Part shown: positions 52,906 through 64,000 of the stretch, piece by piece
Position numbering within the stretch: position 1 is the stretch's first letter
How the letters are laid out: every line of letters starts with the position of its first letter
DNA from: Pecten maximus
Taxonomy: Eukaryota
Direction: 5' to 3'
Length of the DNA: 64,000 nucleotides
Assembly (NCBI RefSeq): GCF_902652985.1
Contig: NC_047028.1
Location: forward strand, 14,074,001-14,138,000
Position numbers and translations under genes: made by a program
The notes under the pieces: generated by a model
Database searches by the model: none
Told to the model about the DNA's origin: nothing
What the model saw: only the letters and a program-made list of their open reading frames with translations

Positions 52906-54308
52906 CTTGTTACCAAAACAACCGTCTTCAACTGTTAGAGTCATATCATGCATGAAGCCCCGCGTTTGTGACTATGCCTTATGCCTGATGTCATGTATAC
53001 TCATCGACACATCTTCTCTATTTCAAAAGCAATAGGCCTAACAGTCACCATTGAGACAGACTTATTTATTTCGGCCGCTTCCATGTGGCCAAGGTACGAC
53101 GCGTAGTTGGTTTAATCGGAATTATTCTTGTTTTTGTGACTACCTAGCGGCCACATCATGGTTATCGCAAATTATATATAGCAGCCATCAGCTATAGCAA
53201 CTGCGTTGAATTAAACCAGATAATACTTAGTAAACATTTGCAAGACATTTAATTAATATTGTGATATATTTTTTCATTGGTTTGAACACAGAAATATTAT
53301 AAAACAAGATAATCTGGTAGCTACTATTTTTGGGGGGTCGTTAAAACTTATTCTTGATATCTTACATCGACATCGAAGAATTGCACAAAAGTCACACAAC
53401 ATATTAGCTCGTTTCTAAACACATTGTTAATTAGATACAGATGTGTGGAAATGAATTAAACCACACCACACAAATGTACCCTAGTGAACTACTCAATAAT
53501 AACATCGACATACATAATTAAAGTGTAATGCATTCATTAGTTATTAATGAATAAATATGTACATCCAGCAAAGTATATGAATTTAAGGAATTGAACATAC
53601 AAATACATCTGTACATGTGAATTTGTCAAACTTTAAGCAAGTGTTGAAGAGACTTACAGACACCAAATAAATATTCAACAATACAGAATAGATTCAGTAC
53701 TTTGAAAATAAGTATAAAATGTGTCAAACTTTAGGAAAGTGCCGAGAGGGCTCATACAACTTCCGTAAGCTTCTATACCACCTCTCTGAAATACCAATAG
53801 GTCGTTAAATACCATGTGTGACAAGAATACTGCATGAAAACAGGTTTGTAAAAAAAAAATTGCCAGCGCTATGTTTAATGCTTTATAGGTTTTTGATTGT
53901 AACTTACGTTACATTTTTGGTTTAAGATTAATATTTTGTGGTGTGTGGACACTTCTTGCCGCTAGAAATGAAAAAGAGTACAATTCAACCCTTAACGAAA
54001 TCTATCAGGCCATGACGTAAAGTAGACCTTCCGCTGAGGCGTACAACTCAATGGTGGCTTTCATAAAAATGCTTTCATGGTAGTATAAACGTCAGGAATG
54101 CTCCATTGGTCGAATTGATGTATAAAAGGCTAACGAATAACTACAACTGATAATGCTCGTTAATTATAAATCATTGGATCTGTATTCATATATAAAATGA
54201 TAATGTTATAACTTATTAGTGACTTGAATGTATGATTATATAGCATGTATACGGGGGAAAGGTACGTGTAAATGTTACGTTGTATCACTAAATAAAAGCA
54301 GTCGAACA

Positions 54309-57300
54309 TCACAACTCGGACTCCAGTTTCCCAGACCCGGTCCTAAACGTTACTCTTTCGGTCTGGAGACCGCCAATCTTACTGTCGTCGGTAAGGCCTG
54401 TCTGGTCCTGGTCTGTTGCGACCATCTCTAGCTCCGATTCTGTCTGGTCAGTTTTAATTATGATAGGTGGTTTTGTCTCCATTTCTCCAGGTTTGGCTAT
54501 TTGAGGATCCCCTGCCGTTACTGGCCGGGAATCTGGTCCGAGAGTTAGATTGTCTAATTGAGAGTCCGCTCCAAAATTATTGGACACAAAATGACCTTGA
54601 CCTTTTAGTTTATCGTCATCCGTCCGCGTTGACCGACCGTCAACGTCTATAATCACTCCAACCGCAACTGTCTGTTTAAGGTCCCGGATGATAATACGTC
54701 CGAGGGACGGATAATCGAAGAAACTCTCCACACACAGTGGCTTCATTGGCACCATTTCGACCACACCAACTTCACCCGGAAGTAAACTGGCGGGCGATTG
54801 TTCCGCCATCTCTCCCGTGCGGCGGTCACATCGCTCCTTAATATCGACGAATTTACATGCTACATTAGCCGTGTGAACGTTGAGAAGGGGCGTGTATCCT
54901 TTCTTAATCTGACCGGGATGGTTCAGAACAAGGATCTGTAATGTAATAGTAAGTAGATGTTATTATGTACTTCTAAGTACATAGTTCACCCCTACAAACT
55001 ACATATGTAAAGCTGCCCGAAACACGGCGAATTAATTTGTGTACTTTATTATACTATTATAGTAGATATAGTTCCGCATACGTGCAGACTAGCGTCATTC
55101 CATACTACAGCCGCGCCAACATTTTGAATGCTGCTATACTATTTTATAACGCAAGTTTATATATATTTATTCATTGCATTTTAGTCAGTGAAATAAAGAA
55201 ATTTATCAAACTAATAAACTCATATTTTCACTGTAGCGATGAGCAGTAAAAATATAAGATTTTGCAGTGAAAATATTTCGATATTGTTCACTTGTGCTTC
55301 ACACTCATGAAAATTCCAACTTTCCCAATGCTTGAAAATTCAGAACAGTTAATTGAGTATTACGGATAAACATCTTTGTTCTGATTATATCCGAGCCTAT
55401 GACACATTATCTTGACTAATCGCAGAACTACCGATTGACTGACTGACAACGTGACCTACAATCAGCGGATTGACGTTTAAATCAATTGACGAACCTGGGC
55501 TGTAAACTTTCCGGCTTTCCTTGGTGGGTTCTCCTCCGGGTCTCCACAGACGTCCCCTTTTTTAATATCCTTTAGTCCTAGGTTCTCGATCTGAATACCC
55601 ACGTTGTCTCCGGCGTGAACTTCCGTCATCACCTCACGGAACACTTGTACGGCCCTCACCTGATGTAAACAAGATCATTTTACAATGTAGGCGCAGTAAT
55701 ACGGCCCATATGTATAATAAAAAGTCGCTTACTAGTTTCCAAATTTCGCGAACTCTTGCGTTAGAAACTATATACATCAGCTGCATATATTGTACATAAA
55801 CGTAGCAGCAATGAAATTACATGCTAATGTAATTAGTGCTAATTAATGCTACTCGTAACTCACCTTAGCTTTGACGTCATTTGGGGCAAAGGTCACTGCC
55901 ATGTTTGGTTTCAAGCATCCAGAATGTATTCTTCCTGCTGTCACAATACCAATATCTGTAAAGACCCGTTGAATATGGTAACTATTTATAGATGTACATT
56001 TTTATCTAATCATTCTTCTGCCCTGCTATGATAATCATATATTTGAAATGACAGGGCGTGCAGACATATTGCTTGCTAGCTCTCGACTTCTCGGAAGACG
56101 TGATATTGTACTGGGGACCAATCGTTGAATACGAATAAGTTGTAACATGTGAACACTATAGGCAGGGGAGCAAAAAATGTAGGAAATGGAAATACAAACC
56201 ATTTCTAGCCAAAGGGAGCACTGGCCATTCCGGTGTCAATGGACCAAGAGAGATAGCAGTATAACTGCGAGGTGATTATTAAATTGACAGGATCACAAAT
56301 AAACTAATCTAAAAAAATACCTTGCATTGTTTTGTTTTCACTGCAATTATCGTAATCAAGGAAACACTGACGTTTGTTTTCCGCCAACTCATAAGTATTG
56401 TACCAATAATCATTACTTGTCGATTTTGAATATTCTGAAATCATATCAATTAAATTGGGCTAATTTGGACCAGATTCCAAGAGACATCGTCCCAAAATGA
56501 ACTTTTGTGTTTTGGCAGGACGTTCAAAATTACAACCTATTCAATCTGAATTCGGGAATTCATACATACCCCCTAGTTTGTACACGGAATGTATTGGAAC
56601 TCTGAGAGGTCGGTGCTGCATCCGGACCGGAGTGTCTACCTGATCTATGGCCTCAATTAGTGAGTGGCCCCCGGCCCCACCGGAACCTCTCTTCACTCGC
56701 CACATGTGGAACCATGACATGTTTTCAGATTTCTTAATCAAATTATCACCGTCGAAAGCTGATATGGGTATGAAAGCGACGGAGTTTGGGTCAAAGCCGA
56801 TCCTCTTTATCATGGGTGTCAACACTTTGATTACGTTGTTATATCTCGTCTATTGGACACAGATTAAACATGTTTCAAAATATGTTTTCATTCTTTCAGT
56901 TATGACGATACAAATCTTTGACATCTTAGGAGAAACGGGAATGGACTGATATTGTCGTCATTTTCGAGTTCACATCAAATAGAATGTTGTTTTCACGAAT
57001 GTTTGCAAAGAAGCTCGGTAAAACAAAATAAATTTCCTATGCTTCTTTATAATATTATATAAACTTGCGTCAAGCCAATACAGTTAGCTTAGTCGACTTT
57101 TCAAGCGATTTTAACCTATTTTCGGCAACAATCATTTTCCCATAAATTCCATATAACCATACAGTAAAAGGCTAATTATGACTCTTGACAATTACCTCCC
57201 TTGGTTTTTAATATTACCTCGCTGTAAGGTGGTGTAGTGGTTTCCATCTTGTTAACGACAACGATGAGTTGCTTGACCCCGAGGGAATAGGCGACTTGAA

Positions 57301-60300
57301 GGTGTTCCCTGGTCTGGCCCCGTCTCTTAACGCCCTGCTCAAACTCGCCCTTCTCTGCCGACACCACAAGTATGGCTACATCCGCCTACATCACAACCGG
57401 GAATACAATTGTGAAAAGTGTTATGATTTTTTTCTAAGTTTCAGTTTTGACTAAAAGAAGAAAGTTATTAAACTGTAAAATAGTTCAAGCAAACTGATGA
57501 TATTGAATAAGGAAAAGTACACCTATCACCAAGTGCAATGAAAAGTGATATAGCAACGGGCATCCCCCGTACATGTATTATACCCTGGAAATATATGGGT
57601 TGCATATGTGTGTTTTAAGGTGGATGCGATATGTTCGTCTTCTGTGACAGCGTGAAACTGAAGATGACTTAAGAGTGATTCCTTACTGAAGTATACTGCC
57701 GAAGAATAATACCGGGAACCAGTTGTTATAATTTCCAAATGCTGAACGTTAAGTAGAGAATATGAACAACCATTCTTACATTGTCAGAAACACGAGACTC
57801 CTTCCTCAGGAGACGAGCTCTCAAACAAAAGGTCAAAAGTGAGGCAGTGTCAATGGAGACATTAGGAAGAAAACAGCAGGTACAGTTCCTACGCTCTACA
57901 GGTTCTCAGTCAAACATGGTGTTATGTCACAAACCTGTGATGCTCCTGTGATCATGTTATGTACGTAATCACGGTGTCCTGGTGAGTCAATGATGACGAC
58001 ATACTTATTCGAAGTCTCGAACCGCCTCAATTTGCTGTCGATTGAAATCCCTCTCTGTCTTTCTCCTTTAAGCTTGTCCATAACCCACGCATATTTGAAT
58101 GACGCTTTACCTGCCTGTTGAACAGTCAAAACTTGATTAAACAGCACAATAAACATAAGTTTTTCATGTTATTTATTGCTCACATAAAACTTTGCAGCGT
58201 ATTAGGGTGATTAAACAAAATTCTCCAACCTCCATTGCAAACTCAAATAGTGCAGTATTTTGGTATATGGTAGATAACAAAGAGGCGCATGACTGAATCA
58301 TGCACTTAAACTTTAATTTTACATGCTCCATTTTCATTATCAAACTAGCAGATGCCATTATTGTTGAAAATCGTTTTTAAAATCTAAAATAAAACTCAAA
58401 AATCTTCCATAAAACATACCAAGTCAGCCTCGCGTGCTAATCTGTTCATTGTCTCTTTGTCGATGCCATTACACAGGTAAACAAGATGCCCAATCAGAGT
58501 AGATTTCCCGGAATCCGCATGACCAACCACAACAAAATTTACAAATGACTTATCTATTCTGCTCCTGACTGTCGGTCTAACCGGAAGCATTGGAGTTTCT
58601 TCCGTCAGGAGTGCGCGCGCCTTGTTTTCTGCTTCTCGTTTTGGTATCATGGTGTCTATGGTAGGCGTTGCTGGTTGGACATTGATAGACGTGGCTAGAA
58701 ATCAAACAAACAATACGTCGGACATTTAACTATCATGCAACTATTTACAAACAAAGCATGAGTTAAAGCGGGTTTAAAAGAAAACTATCACATCCGTTTT
58801 GTCAATCATCCGATAAATCAATGTTGCACTGTAGGTCTATGTTATAACATTTTTTCTTTTCTTTTGGTTGCTCAAACGCAAAACGAATTGATGACAATGC
58901 GCAAAACTAAAGTAAACACATGCCAAATCTAAGACTAAAACTGATATCTCTTACAACGGTTTGACGTCTTTTAGTTTGTCGTTTGGTTTACTGGACTTAA
59001 GGTGACTGCTACACGCTTGTTTTAATTCCCCTTACATGTGTTATACGGTTTCATCTATAGATCCGGATGAAGAATATACACTTCACTCATGATCGATACC
59101 TAGCTATGTTTAACATATATAAAATACTACCTGTACCATTTACAAGCCTAATATTTACATTCTGTGTGACAGTCTCCCATTACTCCTGTGTTAAACCAGA
59201 TGGTATTGATCACCGTATAAATGCAGCCCAGATCACATGACGTCACTTCCGTCAGCGTCAAAAAATGTTTGGCAATGCGTTGCGGGTGCATCAAACCTAG
59301 CAAAGATTTCGACTTAGAGCAATCGCGTAATTATGACGTCATGTTGGTGCTTTGTTGGTCATAGTCACGCCGAGGCTTTGTATTACACATCAATTTGAAT
59401 GCAAACCAAGCACTACAATGAAATCGATTTCACATGTGCCGTTCTTTCAATTGAACAAACAGAGGAATAGCTTAACTTTAACCCCAGATTAAGAAAAAGA
59501 TAAAGTGAAGTTTAACGTATCTTAATGTAAATATAACAATTAAACGCTTGTTAGATTGTATTTATTGTCAATATCAATGCAATCTGGGTGGCAGATAAAG
59601 ATGAAGATGAAGATGTCTTTGATCCAAAAGCTGAATTAGACATTTTGTTTGAAGTGTTGTTTTGATGACTGTATCCGTATAGGGAACAACCAACCAATTG
59701 AAAAAATAAATTTTTGAAACAGCCCCTATACACAGGGAGCAACCAACCAATTTAAAAAATAAATGTGAGCCAAGGATAAAATGTCTGGCAGCCACTGATT
59801 GGCCAGTATGTTATGAAGTGAGAAAATAGATATGTAGCCTGATAGGTAACTACTAATAAGAAATATTGATTTAAATTTCGTAAGTCTGATTGATTTTTTT
59901 CCCAGACGTTCAGGTAATAATAATCAACAGGTAAACATTTTAGATTTTTGAGAATTTTTTTACAGGGAAATTCACCCATTTTCAAAATGACTACCCTGGA
60001 GAAAATTTGAGCTGAAGGACCCAACTTTTTTTTATTATGTGTTATATCAGACCCTAAACTTTTGTTATAAACCATAATTGTCATATTGAATTCAAGAATT
60101 TCAATGAAATACTCCAAATCGTTAACACTAAAGTCTATGGGAAAACAATTGGTTGGTTGGTCCCTATAAGCTGTAGCATATTAGTTGAAGACGGAAGTCA
60201 AATTCAACATCACAGAACGTTTATTCAGTCATCAAACATACCGAAAAACAAACTTCGTCATTCCACAAAGTCATGTCAGATTCCAGCATTACTCAAAGCA

Positions 60301-60536
60301 AAATCAGAAGACAACTCACCTGGAATTCCACCATCCATTGGAACGCTGGACTTCCGGAGTATACCGGAAGGAATCCTCGTAGGATCGTAATCGTCCTGTT
60401 CCGGAATAGGTGCTGTAAGATCCGGCGTGGCAAGTAGTTGAACGCCTCCAAAAGTTACACTAGGTGTTCGCTGAGTCTTTCCACTAGTTGCTCTGTCGTC
60501 GATTGTATTTCGGTCAGTCTCGTGGTCATTTTCCAT
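54309..60536 (-). CDS. EEF1A-like: Divergent elongation factor 1-alpha paralog (eEF1A-like translational GTPase) with N- and C-terminal extensions, 667 aa
   Basis: Exons 60536-60320, 58694-58420, 58114-57935, 57385-57218, 56849-56570, 55955-55864, 55659-55495 and 54935-54309 join in phase (2004 nt), with an in-frame stop upstream of the ATG. Motifs [70 protein letters not shown]...[12 protein letters not shown]. Confidence 0.93.
59238..59341. promoter_or_regulatory. Two CRE palindromes (TGACGTCA), the first with an adjacent ETS-like CTTCCG, in the first coding intron of the eEF1A-like gene
   Basis: TGACGTCA at 59238-59245 and 59334-59341 in a CpG-rich patch; a third copy at 60856-60863 upstream of the ATG. 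Confidence 0.3.
59682..60164. mobile_element. MITE, Sola2-like (483 bp)
   Basis: 19-bp TIRs GGGA(A/C)CAACCAACCAATTG (18/19 match), TATA on both flanks, GRG termini, and an internal duplicate of the left TIR near 59735. Confidence 0.75.
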
Positions 60537-61464
60537 CGTAAATCCCACTGGTCAGTCTACAAATGTTATCACCACACAATAACAACAAAGAATAACGACA
60601 GTGATTAAACCATAATTCCAACGGAAACTCGATAAAAGTATTGCATACTATGATAAATATAGATATGCGTGAGAATCCCTGAAAAGCGCAAGGATAATAA
60701 AACCATGTGTTCCAAAGCAGTAAGCGTCTTCTGCTTCATCGAGAACACTCGTCATACAAACCAAGGTCAAATCCGCGTTCAGTCACATTTTTAAAATGAG
60801 TACTAGGATGATGACAACGAAACCTCTACGCATGTCAGCACACATCGAACATGTCTGACGTCATATCGGATAAGGAAATACAATATTTCTAAATGTGATC
60901 ATGATATTGACATTGAAACTTCTCCATTGTCTTCATCAACCTGCATTCTCGAACCCTTGAACATCACGCTTATCATACAGCTTAGTTGTACGCTGTCCAT
61001 GCGTTATGGGTTTCATTGTGTCACGTAATTGTCTCTTTACTTCCGTGTATAGTGCTTTCCCGACCTGACATACCGAGTACTATCTGCGAGTAGGCGTAAA
61101 TTGATTCGGGTAGAGAAATAAAATCTAGAAACAGTCTTTTCATTTTATTACTTGCATTGCGAGATACTTTGCAAATTTTTAATTAGCGCAAAGCTCATAA
61201 CTTAGGCAATCCAGGAAATCATTAAATATTACAACAGGAACAAAACTTGAGCGTTCCTATAATTTTGAATCCGTGTGAGTGGTTCATGCCCAGATATACA
61301 TACTCCATAAAGATTATATGTAGAGGTGGTTAAGGTCCTGTTGTACCAGAAGAGATGTTGAACGTACTTGTAAAAAGATAAAAACAAAAGTTCCTTTACC
61401 ACACCAAGGTCCAAATTTATACATGTAGGAAGTTCCTTAACGTGATATTTCTTATTGAAAATAC

Positions 61465-63668
61465 TTAGCAGTAGACGTAGATACTTCCTTTTCTTTCCTG
61501 GGAAAACCTTAATGCTTTTGAGAAACTCAGGGCATGGGGTGGGGGATAGACAGATAATCTTATATATACATTTAGACATGCACAAGCATCACATGCACAA
61601 GCATTGATATAGCATGGTTCACGCAAGTTAAGTAAAATCTGACATGGACATCTTTTTCGGATAACGTGTAACGATTACATACTATATAAATAACTACATA
61701 GTAACAAACCATGAAACATTCCTTACTGAAAATTCGCCTTGATTCGCCGTTATGTGTGACTGGGGCTTTACATCGTGACATCCGAATGTTGAGCTTAATA
61801 TCTAACAGTTTGTTGATAGATAATAGATAAAACATGCGCGCCATTGTCCACAAGAGAAATCAAACTTCGTTTTGACTAGGTACTACATTACATCCGACTT
61901 ACAAAAATAGCGATTTACAGAAACACAATGTACAATTTTAATCCTATAAAGACGTTTAAGGGATTAAAATTGGTATTAATAACACCCTTACCCTCCACTA
62001 CAGAAAGGTACCTACCTACCAATATATATATCCCAAATGATGGTTACGTACAGGTTTGTGAAACTGCCTCCCGTTCGGTTACTAAGCTAAATGTCCTTAC
62101 CTTGTAATGATCCTCATACCAGTGTAATGCATTCTGATAGTAGGTAATTCAAAACAAACAACTAAATAGGGAACCGTTGATTGACCTGTTCTCTACGTCA
62201 GAGGTGGTTAGTTTCAAAGGCAGGTACAGTAGTTTTATGAAAGTATACCTGTATACCAAAAGTCTGCGAGAGCTATGAATAAGGAATTATGTCAGATTAA
62301 TGAATGGATTATTATGAACATGAATACAGTAAGTGTGTGCTACACTTGTGTCAACGTATTAGTCTAAACGGATTAATGCGTTAGGTCGGTAAGAAATATG
62401 TTATAAGTCATAGACAATACATGGGCTCTCTTAAAATGATATAATATTAAAGAAACACAAAGATACGTTTAACAAACTTCAAATATCTCTAGACAATTTC
62501 CTCGTTTATGATTTCTCTTTGATACCAGGAGGTGTTCAAGGTTGACTTCAGCTAAAAATGAAATCAACGTTTAATCAACCCCAGACTGATATAAAAGAAT
62601 CAAGAAGATGTCGGAATGAATCGGACTAAGAATATACCAGGCTGATAATTCCCATAGTAATGTCTAATGGGTTTGTATACCTTTTCACCAAGCTGACAGC
62701 TGTGCGTGGTACATTAGATGAATGGAGCAAATGACAAAAATACAATGAAATTTTGTTAAAACAGTATAAGAATAATGGCGAAAAAATGTTGTGAAATTAC
62801 CAAACGTATAAAGAACCACTAATGATCCATTAAAGATCTCATATGAATAAAAATAGTACGGACACCTTGATCACCCTGGGATCTCGTATGTATTAATATA
62901 ACACGGGTACCTCGATCACCCTGGGATCTCATATGTATTAATATAACACGGGTACCTCGATCACCCTGGGATCTCGTATGTATTAATGTAACACGGGTAC
63001 CTCGATCACCCTGGGATCTCATATGTATTAATATAACACGGGCACCTCGATCACCCTGGGATCTCATATGTATTAATATAACACGGACACCTCGATCACC
63101 CTCAGATCTCATACGTATTAATATAACACGGGTACCTCGATCACCCTCAGATCTCATACGTATTAATATAACACGGGTACCTCGATCACCCTCAGATCTC
63201 ATACGTATTAATATAACACGGGTACCTCGATCACCCTCAGATCTCATACGTATTAATATAACACGGGTACCTCGATCACCCTCAGATCTCATACGTATTA
63301 ATATAACACGGGTACCTCGATCACCCTCAGATCTCATATGTATTAATATAACACGGGTACCTCGATCACCCTCAGATCTCATATGTATTAATATAACACG
63401 GGTACCTCGATCACACTGGGATCTCGTATGTATTAATATAACACGGGTACCTCGATCACCCTGGGATCTCGTATGTATTAATATAACACGGGCACCTCGA
63501 TCACCCTGGGATCTCGTATGTATTAATATAACACGGGTACCTCGATCACCCTGGGATCTCGTATGTATTAATATAACACGGGCACCTCGATCACCCTGGG
63601 ATCTCGTATGTATTGATAGAACACGGGTACCTCGATCACCATGGGTTTCATATTTACAGTATGAATTA
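61465..63668 (-). CDS. 3' end of an unidentified microexon-rich gene that continues beyond the window
   Basis: Exons 63668-63631, 62692-62638, 62551-62526, 62133-62101 and 61497-61465 have GT-AG junctions and phases that join to IHTVNMKPMVIE-LGEKVYKPIRHYYGNYQP-AEVNLEHLL-NALHWYEDHYK-ERKGSIYVYC*. Confidence 0.65.
62821..63645 (-). repeat. 45-bp minisatellite (17 duplicates) copied from an exon end and splice donor
   Basis: CTCGATCACC recurs every 45 bp from 62866 to 63631. The last unit coincides with the exon end ...CCCATGGTGATCGAG|GTACCC. Confidence 0.95.
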
Positions 63669-64000
63669 CTTTAGCACGGAGAAAAATATATACCGAAATT
63701 TTAGAATGTCACATTAGGTAAAGAGAATGCTTTCATCATGCAGAAATTGGCTGACAACTACAGACTCATATTTTTTAGAAACTAAAATTCTGCTTACAAA
63801 TACTGTAATTAGTTATTTTTTTCGAAAATAACAATTTACCAACATCAGTTAGATGTAAACATGTAAATTAGTTTATTTTAAACATATTATTATAAAATAT
63901 TGGGCAATGTATGCTAATCGGTTTATTTTTAACAAATTATCAAGATAAACAATAACACCACTTCCCGCGAAGTTTCGATCTAAATTTAAAGGGGCATGGA

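Noticed and set aside
54309-60536. HBS1L, eRF3 or EFL identity, suggested by the N-terminal extension
   Set aside because: Domain I and III sequences, the animal/fungal insertion and the intron positions match eEF1A.
60660-61090. Possible Penelope-like pLTR or hammerhead ribozyme remnant
   Set aside because: Only a vague resemblance. No intact CTGANGA/GAAA core with pairing stems could be verified.
62819-63382. 187-aa MRSEGDRGTRVILIR repeat ORF
   Set aside because: By-product of the 45-bp minisatellite. It lies within an intron and in a different frame from the adjacent exon.

Overview
This window is eukaryotic, intron-rich and AT-rich DNA. The repeat types suggest a bivalve mollusc, possibly a scallop (inference). 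By tracing GT-AG junctions and codon phases by hand I could assemble five spliced genes, most of whose exons are missing from the ORF track. (1) The 3' part of a + strand gene for an extracellular Ig-Ig-SEA-VWA protein (~390-9480). (2) A complete - strand 369-aa type I membrane LRR protein with no TIR domain (14442-18615). (3) A - strand phospholipid scramblase (30310-36897) with candidate alternative first exons and two possible C-termini. (4) A - strand, 667-aa, strongly diverged eEF1A paralog with long N- and C-terminal extensions and altered G-motifs (54309-60536). (5) The 3' end of an unidentified microexon-rich - strand gene (61465-63668). Between and inside the genes lie a near-full-length, mutated CR1-type LINE with a 2A-like StopGo motif, several RTE-X/L2-like LINE remnants, nested Helentron-type (HINE) elements carrying 155-bp and ~324-bp tandem arrays, four TIR elements (Tc1/mariner-, hAT-, P- and Sola2-like), SINE/tRNA remnants and several minisatellites. 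The most striking observation is that at least two, and possibly three, intronic minisatellites are tandem amplifications of an exon 3' end plus its 5' splice donor. Next are the divergent eEF1A paralog and in-sequence evidence for TA-flanked transposon excision footprints (TAGGCCTA, TACATGTA).
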